A stretch of 64,000 nt of DNA from Octopus vulgaris (taxonomy: Eukaryota), in NCBI GenBank assembly GCA_951406725.2, contig OX597816.1, positions 26,722,001 to 26,786,000 on the forward strand, in the 5' to 3' direction. Positions 13,947 through 26,695 of this stretch are shown one piece after another. A model generated the notes under the pieces. It searched no databases and was not told the DNA's origin. It was given only the letters and a program-made list of their open reading frames with translations. The stretch's first letter is position 1. Each line of letters opens with the position of its first letter. Both the position numbers and the translations under genes were made by a program.

Positions 13947-16900
13947 GATTGAGAGAGAGAGAGAGAAAGATGGGCAGGGTAAAAGAGGGAGAGAAGGGCT
14001 ATTCATTTTCCTATCCACCACTTTCATTTGTATTGAAAAGGTCTTTTTAAGGATTGTCAAAAAAAATAAATAGATAAAAGTAAAAACTTGTTTACTACTT
14101 GCACCATTGCTTTGAAATGGTTTTTAAGGGAAGAAAGAAAGAAAAGAAAAAGAAAAAATAGAGAATCTCTTATTATAAAAGTCAGATTTTAGCTGCCTCC
14201 CTTTGGGAGTTATAGAAATCTACAATATAGGATTTCTTCAATTACAATTTACCTGGCATTTTTAAGAGTACAATGCATCGCATCATGCCAGGTCCAGTTT
14301 TTAAAATTTAAACTCCAATTAAGCAAAATTTACAGAAAACTCACATTCTGGTGTGTGTGTCAAATGCTTTTCTTAGTCTGGTTTACACCACACGCAAACG
14401 CACACACACAGTGTGCAACCAATAAAGTGAAACTAGATGTAATATTTGTTTCTCTCTATCACGCTGATAGATACATGAGTAAAATGTATGGGAAGCTAAC
14501 ACATAAGAGTGAGTGAAAATGTTCTTGGAAGAGAGTAAATAGCCAGAGATAGTGATTTGAGGTACATTAAATAACCGTAGTGGCTTGTGTTAGTAATAAA
14601 GTAAACATACACTCATACATACATACATACATACATACATACATACATACATACATACATACATACATACATACATACATACATACATACATACATACAT
14701 ACACACACACATACACACACACATACATACATACACACACACACACATACATACATACACACATACATACATACATATACATACATCTATATACATACAT
14801 ACATACACACACACACACATACACATACACACAGTATTGAAGCTTGAGAACAATCAGATACATTTGCAACACATCTGTTGAAAATATTATTGTTCACACA
14901 CATACATATACATATATACATACAGACAGACAGACAGATAGACACACACACACACACACATGATCCAGCATGGCCACAACCTCAAGGCTGAAACATATAA
15001 AAGAATAACAGAATATAAATGTGTGCATGTGTGTGAGAGAGAGAGAGTGTGTGTGTATATGTATGTATGTATATATATATAATAATGCGGTTTTTTCAAC
15101 AGCTTGAACTAAAAGTCAGAGGGGAATGGGATAAACTACTTATATTAACTTGCTATAAAAGCAGGTAGTAATTTTATCTTGTCCTTATTCATAGTGCAAG
15201 TTTTGAAGAGTGCATTTCGATTTTAACAGCTATTTTTTTCAAAGCTATATTGGAACAGCCTAGAAGACGAGCCTCATCCTGAAAGATCTGTAGAACTCGA
15301 CAAGGACATCCTGAAAACCCTGGTGGAACAAAATCTCATCGTAACTGTTGAGGAACTAGCAGAGAAGCTTGGATTTGGTCATTCAACCATTCATTGACAC
15401 CTGTGTGCTATCGGAAAAGTTAGCAAATTGGGTCAATGGGTTCCTCACGAACTTTCCGAGTCTAATTGCATGCAGAGAGTAAATGTATGCTTTTCTTTGC
15501 TGTCACATCTCACCACTACTGCGCTATGTATATCTATATATATAAAACTGTAGTTGTGTGAGTGTCTGTCCCCTTCGATTTAGATTCCTAACTACTCCCA
15601 CATTTTGCGGTGCAGTTTAACCAAATTCGGGTAGCTTATAGTCGTGATTCATATCGAGCCCGTCTGAGTATTAGCGCGCGTCTACGATGAGTCTATGATT
15701 TTAAAAATAATTTAACATCATTTTTTATTCCATTTTAATGCATAATTTTTCGTGTGTCGATGGCGGCGGAGTTGGCGTCCACGCTCACACCTGCACCTGT
15801 GGGGAAGGGAGTGTAAGGAAATCAACGTCGTAATGCGTTGTCAAGGAGACCAGCGTTCTTTTAGAACAACGACTTCATGGCTTGAAGACACCAAAACAGA
15901 AATGGCTAAGAAAGCATCTACATGAGTCTACGATTTAAAAAAAATTTACCATCGTTTTTTTTCCATTTTAATGCATTTTTTCGCTATTATATAAGGGAAG
16001 TAACTCTCTAAAAATGTCTACGATGAGTCAACGATTTTTAAAAAAATTTACCATCATATTTTTTTCCATTTTTAATGCATTTTTTGCTATTTTTTGGCTA
16101 TAACTCTCTAAAAATGCTTATATAGTTATTTCCCTTACAAACCCGAGCAACGCCGGGCGATACTGCTAGTGTAGTATAAATCATATCACCAGCATAATTA
16201 CAATGGCCAATACAATTAACAGAGATTTAATTACAACTATAATCAATAGAAGCTAATTACAACTGTGCACAGATGGCTTCAGAAATCAGCAAAACAAGCA
16301 TTCAATATACCAGTTCTGTCACCATGGTGATCATAACCAATTGTGGCATAAGGACAGCAGTCTTGAGGGGAGAGGGAGTTGATTATATTGATCCCAGTTC
16401 TTGACTAATGTTTATTTCATTCACCCTGAAAGGATAAAAGCCAAATTCAACCTCAGCAACATGTGAACTCAGAATGTATAAAGAAGTGATGTTGTCCAAT
16501 GTGGTACAGACTCTGCCAGCATGCTGCCTTTTCCATGGTAATATATATCATAGTTAGTTATTATACAAACTTTTGAGTTATTGAGTTAACTTACCTTTAG
16601 TCTAAGCTCTTTTTCCTGGACAACATCTTTCACAATGTGAATGGCACAAAGCAAAAAGCTAAGGATGAGAATAAAAGGAAATTGGTTCTGTAAGACCAAA
16701 ACCATAGGATCATTGTTGTAGGGTGGAAATGGTTGCCGATTCAGTTCCACTGTAGTTCGATTGAAAAAATCTTCACCAGAAGCATTGAGATAAGTTATTA
16801 TAGCTTCAGTAAGTTTATACTGGAGATAAAAGAAACCAGTGTCACTATAACCTGTAAAAATAATTATTAGAAATAAATTCTTAAAAATTTCAAAAGATTG

Positions 16901-19900
16901 GAATAATTATAAGAACAATAAATTTCAAAAAGTTAAATAATTTTTGAGAAGCTACCTTCAGTGCACGATAATGTATATCAAGGATGCAAAAAAATTAGCT
17001 ATTCAAAATAAAAGGGTTACTGCTTCAACAAACACTTACACACGATAACACTTCAAATTACTTCATACATGGAAACACATAGCTTAGATGTTTTAGAGTG
17101 TTGCACTCCTGATTATAAAATTGTGGTTTCAATTCTTGGACCAAACATTTTGTTGTGTTCTTCAGCAAAACAGTTCATTTCACATTGCTCCAGTCCACTC
17201 AGTTGGTAAATGCAGAATCCGAGGAACCAGCCTTATGACTCTGTTGCTCAGGAAAGATATTTGGTCCTCTTGCTTTTTTTTATGACTTCATGCTAACCAA
17301 CAAAGAGAGACTCTACAAGCCAACACAGGGGCCTTTCTTTGACAAACCAATGAAGGAGTCTCCACTAAGCTTCTACAAAGCCAACAATGGAGCATCAACG
17401 TAATCTATGAGCAATTCAACCTGTTAGAAATAGTAACCAACCAAATCTCCCTCACAACCACCTCCACTATTTTAGAGGAGGACACATTGAATGATGTGAC
17501 CCTGAGTCCAGTGGACCCCGAGTCCATTGGTCCCTGCCAAAAAGACAATAGGGTAATGTTAGGAATGTCTTTCATCATAGCTAAATCAGAGTTTAGCTCG
17601 GTTAAACAACAGTAAATCAACATCAGAGCATACTCAGAAATCAGATTTGATTGAGGTTTATCACTGAATATTAACACTTTTTTTATTATCTCTTATTATA
17701 AAAGGCAGATTTTATCTGCCTCCCTTTGGGAGTTATAGAAATATACAATATAGGATTTCTTCAATTACAATTTACCTAGCATTTTTAAGAGTACAATGCA
17801 TCGCATCATGCCAGGTCCAGTTTTTAAAATTTAAACTCCAATTAAGCAAAATTTACAGAAAACTCACATTCTGGTGTGTGTGTCAAATGCTTTTCTTAGT
17901 CTGGTTTACACCACACGCAAACGCACACACACAGTGGGCAACGAATAAAATGAAAGTAATTCACTTACTGTAGTGAGTGATTCTTTCACTCTGCCTCCCA
18001 CTTCCTCTTTCCACACATAGACACGCAAATATATAAATAAAATTGTAAGCTAACGTGGGTGTGTGTGTGTGTGTGTGTGTGCGCGTGTGTGTGTGTGTGA
18101 GGGTGTGTGTGTGTGCGTGTGCGTGAGTGTGTGACAGGAAAGTTTTTTACAAGGAATATAAGACCTATATCCAAGTAGCAGAAAGATAAGACAGTAAGGT
18201 GTGATTTGAGGGAGATTTGGCTGCTATTTCTACCATGTCTAGCTGCCATGTAGGGGTCTCCCTCATAGGCTCATACATACATATATACATAGATAAGACA
18301 GTAAGGTGTGATTTGGGGGAAATTTGGCTGCTATTTCTACCAGGTCTAGCTACCATGTAGAGGTCCCCCTCATTGGCTCATATATATATATACATACATA
18401 AGACAGTAAGGTGTGATTTGAGGGAGATTTGGCTGCTGTTTCTACCAGGTCTGTTAGGCCTTCTCATGTAAACTCAAGCTTTCTCATGCCTTGAACATAA
18501 GACCAAAGCAGAGAATGTATTCTTTTATTCTTCTGCTTTTTCCAGCCATTGCTCTGTGGCCATGCTGGGGCAATGCCTTGAAGAATTGTAGTTTAATGAA
18601 TCAACTCCAGTTTTATTTTTGTAAGCATTGTACTTATTCTATCTGTTTCCTTTGTCAAACCACTAGGAAACAAACCAACATTCGTTGTCAAGCAGTGGTG
18701 GAGGACAATCACAAGCACAGACACGCACACACACACACATACATGCATACACATATACACACATACATACATACATACATATATATATATATATATGTGT
18801 GTATATATATATTGCAGCGTGGAAGGTGTTTGTAAGCCATTTAAGAAACACACAAAAACCGTTACATTCACTTCAACATCATCATCATCATCATCATCAT
18901 CGTTTAACGTCCGCTTTCCATGCTAGCATGGGTTGGACGGTTCAACTGGGGTCTGGGAAGCCCGAAGGCTGCACCAGGCCAGTCAGATCTGGCAGTGTTT
19001 CTACAGCTGGATGCCCTTCCTAACGCCAACCACTCCGAGAGTGTAGTGGGTGATTTTATGTGCCAGACGAGGCTGGCAGACGGCCACGCTCGGATGGTGT
19101 TTTTTATGTGCCACCGACACAGGTGCCAGACGAGGCTGGCAGACGGCCACGCTCGGATGGTGTTTTCTTATGTGTCACCGACACAGGTGCCAGACGAGGC
19201 TGGCGGACGGCCACGCTCGGATGGTGTTTGTTACGTGCCCTCAGCACGGAGGCCAGTCATTGCGGTACTGGCTACGGTCACATTCGGATGGTTTTCTTAT
19301 GTGCCACCGGCACTGGTACCACAAGGATTTCCAACCTGGAACTTCTCAGAACGTAAAAAGCTACAGTAACACCCCTCCCCCTTTGTGGTTAGCCATATTG
19401 AGATGGCTATTATACTTTACATCTCTAAAAATGCTTATATAATTATTTCCCTTACAAACCCGAGCAACGCCGGGCGATACTGCTAGTAGAAATAAATTTA
19501 AATTTAATTTGCCGCGCTTTGAGACCGCGACCTGTTCACTGACAAAAATATCGTGCTAACAGGTCGCGGTCTCAAAGCGACGAAAATATTTTGACAAATT
19601 AAATTTAAATGTTGAAGTGAATCTAACGGTTTTTGTGTGTTTCTTAAATGGCTTATAAACACCTTCAACGCTGCAACTGTTTTCGTTCCAGCACACGATC
19701 TCAGATCAAGTCACTTGCTATGCAAGTACATCTCTGTAACTATATATATATTTATATATATATATATATATGTATATTGGTAAAAACAGTAAGATAACAA
19801 AAGAAAGAAAGAGACCTCAATATTATGTAAATAGAGCAAATCTTTATATATAAAAGTGAGGTTGTGTGTCTGTCTCCTACGATTTACATTCCTAACTACT

Positions 19901-22900
19901 CCCACATTTTGCGGTGCAGTTTAACCAAAACTGGGTATCTTATAGTCGTGATTCATATCGAGACCGTCTGGGTATTAGCGCGCGTCTACGATGAGTCTAC
20001 GATTTAAAAAAAAATTTACCATCAATTTTTCCCATTTTTAATCCATTTTTGACATATATAAGGGAAGTAACTCTCTAAAATTTATTATTAAATCTCAGAA
20101 CGTAAAAAGCTACAGTAACACCCCTCCCCCTTTGTGGTTAGCCATATTGAGATGGCTATTATACTTTACATCTCTAAAAATGCTTATATAATTATTTCCC
20201 TTACAAACCCGAGCAACGCCGGGCGATACTGCTAGTAAGAAATAAAAAATAATTTTAAAATGTTTTCCTGTCCTTTCTGTGTTAGTGTGTATGAAAATAC
20301 ACTCTTCCTCCTTGACTCCTTGCTCACAAGTAACCAGTGGCTATTGTTCTTTTTTCCTCTTGCTCCACAAGAGATAAGACCTACTTTTGCCTGTCACTAG
20401 TCACAGCCCCTTTCTCCAGCTTTCACCACTTCACATCCTTATGGCTTAACAGCCCTCACCTTTTGTTTTTACTGTTTTGTTCTTACTTTTCCCTTTATGT
20501 TACAAGTCTGTAGTTTCTCCTTCTCATCAAATTTCTCATTTCAGGTGTCCCTAAATCTCTGACCATATAAAAGATCCTTAAGCTTCCAGATTGGTCTGCT
20601 TCTAGGCAACATTCTGGCCTGAAGTCTAAAGTCACTGATGACTAGTCTATAGTGGAGTACATTCTTCACCCAGGAAGGTCTTTGCATTTATGGATGACCA
20701 TTGTCTGGTGAGAATGTAATCAACCTGGCTAGCATGGTCACCCGATTGATGGGTTATCAGGTGACTGGCTGGTTTACTGAAGTAGGTGTAACTTCATTAA
20801 GTTATTTGCATCGCAGAACTCCAGTAGCCTTGTTCCCTCTTTGTTTCAGGGACCAATTCCTTCCCTGACCCCCATGTACTTCACAGAGAGTACCTGGCTG
20901 CTGCCCAACATGTCCATTGAAATCACCAGCCATAAAGATGAGATTATTGTCATTTCTCTTTGGATAACCTGCAGAAGGTTATCGTAAAAGCGGTTCTTCT
21001 GTTCATTTGGTAACCCTGCCTGGGGCACATAGGCAAAGATAATTGTTGCTGTATGATTCTGCAAATAGTATACATATCTTTGTATATATATTGATAGTAT
21101 GAGGCTATAGCAGAAGGCACTTGCCCAAGATGCTACGCAGTGGGACTGAACCCGGAACCATGTGGTTGGTAAGCAAGCTACCTACCACACAGCCACTCCT
21201 GCGCCTATGCACTCTTATTTCTAAACTTATTTATGAGTAATAGAGCCAGACCAATGAGAGTTAGTCATTAAAAAAAAAACTATATAGTGAAAATTTACAA
21301 AAAAAAACAAAAGATCAAAAGACAAATGTGTAAAGAACAAACAGATGTATTAATTTAATGCTTGGGAAGTGAGGAAGTTTTTTACAATACAGATATTGTA
21401 CAGATATAGACTTTACTAGGTTTACTTACTGGAATTCAGCTATCAACGTAAAACAGGAGTCTTCTCAAAAAGTGGTAGGAAGTCACTTTGCTTATTCAAA
21501 TAAATCGCTACTGTTGTTGTTTAACCCCAAGGTGTCCCAGCAGGTCCTGTTTTTTTTTTGCTTATCCAAACATAAAATATCTAAGATTATGTCCTTCTTT
21601 CTTTTAGATACTAGGCTGTGATTTAAGTAAAATTTGGCCATTTTCTTAGTGACGTAATCACATCATTGGCTCTGTTATTGATGACAAGCTTTTCAAGTAT
21701 TCTATATCCAACTGATGAACTTCATAGGTTGCAGGTTTCTGATGGACCAGTCAGTAGTTCACTGCATTTCTTATGAGAAGCATGATCAGGGATTATCTGT
21801 AACTATATGCTTATCAAATATTTCAAGGAACTTCGTTAACAAAGTATTGGTTTTGAAGTTTCCTTGCCAATATTCATCTCCATTGAGGTGATGAGCTGAC
21901 AGAATTGTTAGTGGTTAGTGTGCTGAGCAAAATGCTTGGCAGTATTTTGTCTGTTTTTACGTTGAGTTGAAATGCTGCCAAGGTTGACTTTACCTTTCGT
22001 TTTGGAGGTTGATAAAATAAATACCTATTTCTTTATTGCCCACAAGGGGCTAAACACAGAGAGGACAAACAAGGACAGACAAACGGATTAAGTCGATTAT
22101 ATCAACCCCAGTGCATAACTGGTACTTATTTAATCGACCCCGAAAGGATGAAAGGCAAAGTCGACCTCGGCGGAATTTGAACTCAGAATGTAACGGCAGA
22201 TGAAATACGTATTTCTTTATTACCCACAAGGGGCTAAACACAGAGAGGACAAACAAGGACAGACAAACGAATTAAGTTGATTATATCGATCCCAGTGCGT
22301 AACTGGTACTTATTTAATCGCCCCCGAAAGGATGAAAGGCAAAGTCGACCTCGGCGGAATTTGAACTCAGAACGTAATGGCAGACGAAATACGGCTACGC
22401 ATTTCGCCCGGTATGCTAACGTTTCTGCCAGCTCGCCGCCTAAATACCAGCTGAGTACTGGGGTCATTGAAATCAACTTACCTGCTCACTTGAAATTACT
22501 GGCATTATGCCAGAATTCAAAACCAATATTTATATCCGTACACTGACATACATTTATATCAATATATGAGAAGTTCCTGGCTTTGGCTAAAAGGAAATAC
22601 AGGAGGATCAGTTAATTATGATTTTATGCAACATATTTCCCCTCCCAGATTCACACACTTATTGCAGCAGTCCTTCAGTTTTTCTAAGGCCTGTAAAAGA
22701 ACTCGGAAGGTTAGACTTTCAACCAGGCCTTTTGCAATACTCTTAAAGCCTGGAACTTTTTAACACCTACTTACATGTGTGTGTGTTTCATAAGCTTCCT
22801 CATAGTTTCTATCTACCAAATTGCTCTTACATTGCTGTACTAGAAGATACTTCCCAAAGGAAGGTACTGAACATTAGGATCAAACCTGGAACCATGTATT

Positions 22901-23975
22901 TGTGAACCAAATAAGGGGAGGCTCAATGGCCCAGTGGTTAGGGCAGCGGACTTGCGGTCGTAGGATCGCGGTTTCGATTCCCAGACCGGGTGTTGTGAGT
23001 GTTTATTGAGCGAAAACACCTAAAGCTCCACGAGGCTCCGGCAGGGATGGTGGTGATCTCTTTCACCACAACTTTCTCTCGCTCTTACTTCCTGTATTTC
23101 AAAGGGGTCGGCCTTGTCACTCTCTGTGTCACGCTGAATATCCCCGAGAACTACGTTAAGGGTACACATGTCTGTGGAGTGCTCAGCCACTTACACGTTA
23201 ATTTCACGAGCAGGCTGTTCTGTTGATCGGATCAACCGGAACCCTCGTCGTTGTAACCGACGGAGTGCTAAAGAGAAGAACCAAATAACTATGCCAGCAT
23301 TCATTTACTCTGTTTAATACAATGATGCCTTCTGCTTGTCTTTTCTAGCACATCACTCTTTCCTTTAATGAATACACACGTGACAACACAATGTTTAATC
23401 CTCTTCGCTCAAAACGTCCTCTCCAGAAACCGAATCAACCACAAAGAGAATAGTGAGTATCTACAGAGAATTGTTTTGCTTGTCATCATCATCATTATTA
23501 TGGTGGGGAGTTGGCTGAAACATTAGCATGTTGGACAAAATGATTAGCCACATTTCATCTGTCTATATGTTCTGAGTTCAAATTCCACTCAGGGCTTTGC
23601 TTTTCACCCTTTCAGGGTTGATAAAATAAGTACCAATTGAACTCTGGGGTCAAAGTAAACTATTTACCCTCTCCCCCAAAATTGCTGGCCTTGTGCTAAA
23701 ATTTGAAATCATCATTATTATTATTATTATTATTATTACTACTACTACTACTACTACTACTACTACAGTGTAGAGCTGGCAGGATCATTAGCATGCTGAG
23801 CAAAATGTTTAACAGCATTTTGTCTATACATTCTAAGTTCAAATTCCTGCTGTGGTCAACTTTAATTTTCATCTTTCTGGGGTTGATGAAATGAAGTACT
23901 AGGCAAATACTGGAGTCATATCAACTAAAGACTCCTCCTAAAAAAACTGTTGGCCTTGTATCTAAGTCAGAAGCA

Positions 23976-24012
<37 letters not shown>

Positions 24013-24635
24013 AGAGATGATACAGTGTTATTCAGGATTTGATTGCATTCCTTTACATTAAGTTTTAATTCTGTATGGAGTCTGATTTGCTTTTTATTCA
24101 TCTGGGGGAATTAAATCAATTACACTACTCATTCCTTTGTGACATTTTGAGAGTTTGTTAAAGTGTCAGAAACAGTAGAGTGACTGACTAAATATGTCTT
24201 GCAATGTTTTGTTAGGTCTCTTTATGTTTGTTCTGAGTTCAATTTACAGTAAAGAAAAAAATTATTTTTTATTTCTTTTGTTTTTTTTTTCCCCTCTGCA
24301 GTGTGGAAAAATTATCTGAGAAGACTGGTCAAAACTGTGACTTTTGTAAATATTCAAAGTAAGAAAATGTCTTCAAAATTATTTTCAGATATTTTTGTTT
24401 TGTTTTTGTAGTTTTTTTTTGTTGTTTATTTGTTTTGTTCTTTTGTTATTTTTGTTCTTTTCATTTTTTTTCCTTATATATGTCTGGTGTAGTGGAAATG
24501 GTTGTATCAGTAAAGCGTCAAACCAAATGCTTTATCTCTCAATACCTTCAGTTTAAAATCCACTATAGATAATGAATCAAGGACTAGGAAATATATACCA
24601 ACATGGCTACAGCCTTGGAGCTAAAATGCTTAAAA

Positions 24636-24676
<41 letters not shown>

Positions 24677-25777
24677 TGCATGTATGTAATGCATCTCTCT
24701 ATATATAAACAGCAAAATGTCTGTCTGTGTGTGTATCCTTTATACAAATCTACAATTTTTCAGTTAGAGGGCTCGCACTTTCTATGGTCACTCAAAACCG
24801 TCCAAGGGTGGTCGTGCACATCTTTACATTTCCCCAGTCACCCCACAAAGCCATTAAAAAATCAATAGAAGTGACTGTTTTGTGAATTTTCTATCCAAAA
24901 CCCAATCAAAATGCCCGAAACTTGATACACCAATTGAATGCCGGCTAGCTGTATGTGATTGGTCGGAGATTTGGACAGTACTCGCGTGTATGTGCTCACG
25001 CACGCAGCTGTATATGCATGCACTAATACTATATATATATAAAATGTATGTATGTAATGTATATATGCATGTAATGTACGTATGAATGCATATATACATA
25101 CATGCATACATATATACACACTCTCAACCACTCACTCACTCACCCACTGATACACTCTACAAAATACCTTATCAAGAGAGATAGGAAAATTTTCATTGCT
25201 GAGTAAGATATCTACCACATGGTTGTTCTTTAGTCTCATTTCAGCCCTGACTAAGCAGAACTATGATCAAAGATATTCCAACCTTGACCATTCCATCTTT
25301 TTTTTTTTTTTTTTTTGTATATCTAGGCCTACATAGTCCAATATGTCCAGCCCATTTTAAAATTGTAGGATATGATTTGAGGGTGATCTAGCATCTCCTG
25401 CTAGACAGGTTGAGTGAGTATGTAGTCTCTGTCATTGTCTCATTATATATATATATATATATATGGCCGATGCCAGCGCCGCCTTGACTGGCTTCCGTGC
25501 CAATGGCACGTAAAATGCACCAATCAGATCATGACCATTGCCAGCCTCGCCTGGCACCTGTGCAGGTGGCACGTAAAAAGCACCCACTACACTCACTGAG
25601 TGGTTGGCATTAGGAAGAGCATCCAGCTGTAGAAACACTGCCAGATCAGACTGGAGCTTGGTGCAGCCTTCTGGCTTCCCAGATCCCTGGTTGAACCATC
25701 CAACCCATGCTAGCATGGAGAACGGACGTTAAATGATGATGATGATGATATATATATATATACATATATATATATAC

Positions 25778-25823
<46 letters not shown>

Positions 25824-26638
25824 CCCTGTACTTGAGGAGACCAATTGAGTCAAGTACATTAACATCAAAATAAATATCAAATGGAAATTGCAGTTGTGAT
25901 ACCTGTGCCAGTGGCACGTAAAAAGCACCATCCGAACATGGCCAATGCCAGTGCCGCCTTGACTGGCTTCTGTGCTGGTGTCACATAAAAAGCACCAACT
26001 GATCGTGGCCACTGCCAGCCTCCCCTGGCACCTGTGCCAGTGGCACGTAAAAAGCACTCACTACACTCGCAGAGTGGTTGGCATTAGGAAGGGCATCCAG
26101 CTGTAGAAACACTGCCAGATCAGACTGGAGCCTGGTGCAGCCTCCTGGCTTCTCAGACCCCAGTCAAACCGTCCAACCCATGCTAGCATGGAAAGCGGAC
26201 GTTAAACGATGATGATGATATGTGGTTAGGGAGCTTGCTTCCTAACTACATGATTTCGGGTTCAGTCCCACTGCGTGGCACTTTGGGCAGGTGTCTTCCG
26301 CTATAGCCCTGAGCCGTTCGGTGCTTTGTGATTGAATTCAGTAGGCGGAAGTTACTGCCATGTGTGTATATGTGCGTATAGCTGCTCAGTGCCTCTCCGA
26401 AAGAGAGAGAGAGGGATATACACACACAAATTGAAGGCAAGACATAAATAATAATCATTAAATATTTTTCCTTATTGTAATAAATTTGACCTACAGCTGT
26501 TTCCAGAAGTCATTATAGGTTTTCATCAGTCATTTCTGGTTATAACTAAGCAATTGCAAAATTTTCTTAAAATTTAATTCAATTTACAATTATATTTGGC
26601 CTTCAATTTTATATGATTTGATTTGATTTTAACCTCAC

Positions 26639-26695
<57 letters not shown>

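Noticed and set aside
18920-19442. Recurrent ORFs such as MLAWVGRF...[10 protein letters not shown] and [13 protein letters not shown]
   Set aside because: Chance frames within multi-copy SINE families B and D
22916-22990. tRNA gene
   Set aside because: tRNA-like head continues into a SINE body present in three copies; no proper acceptor stem or terminator
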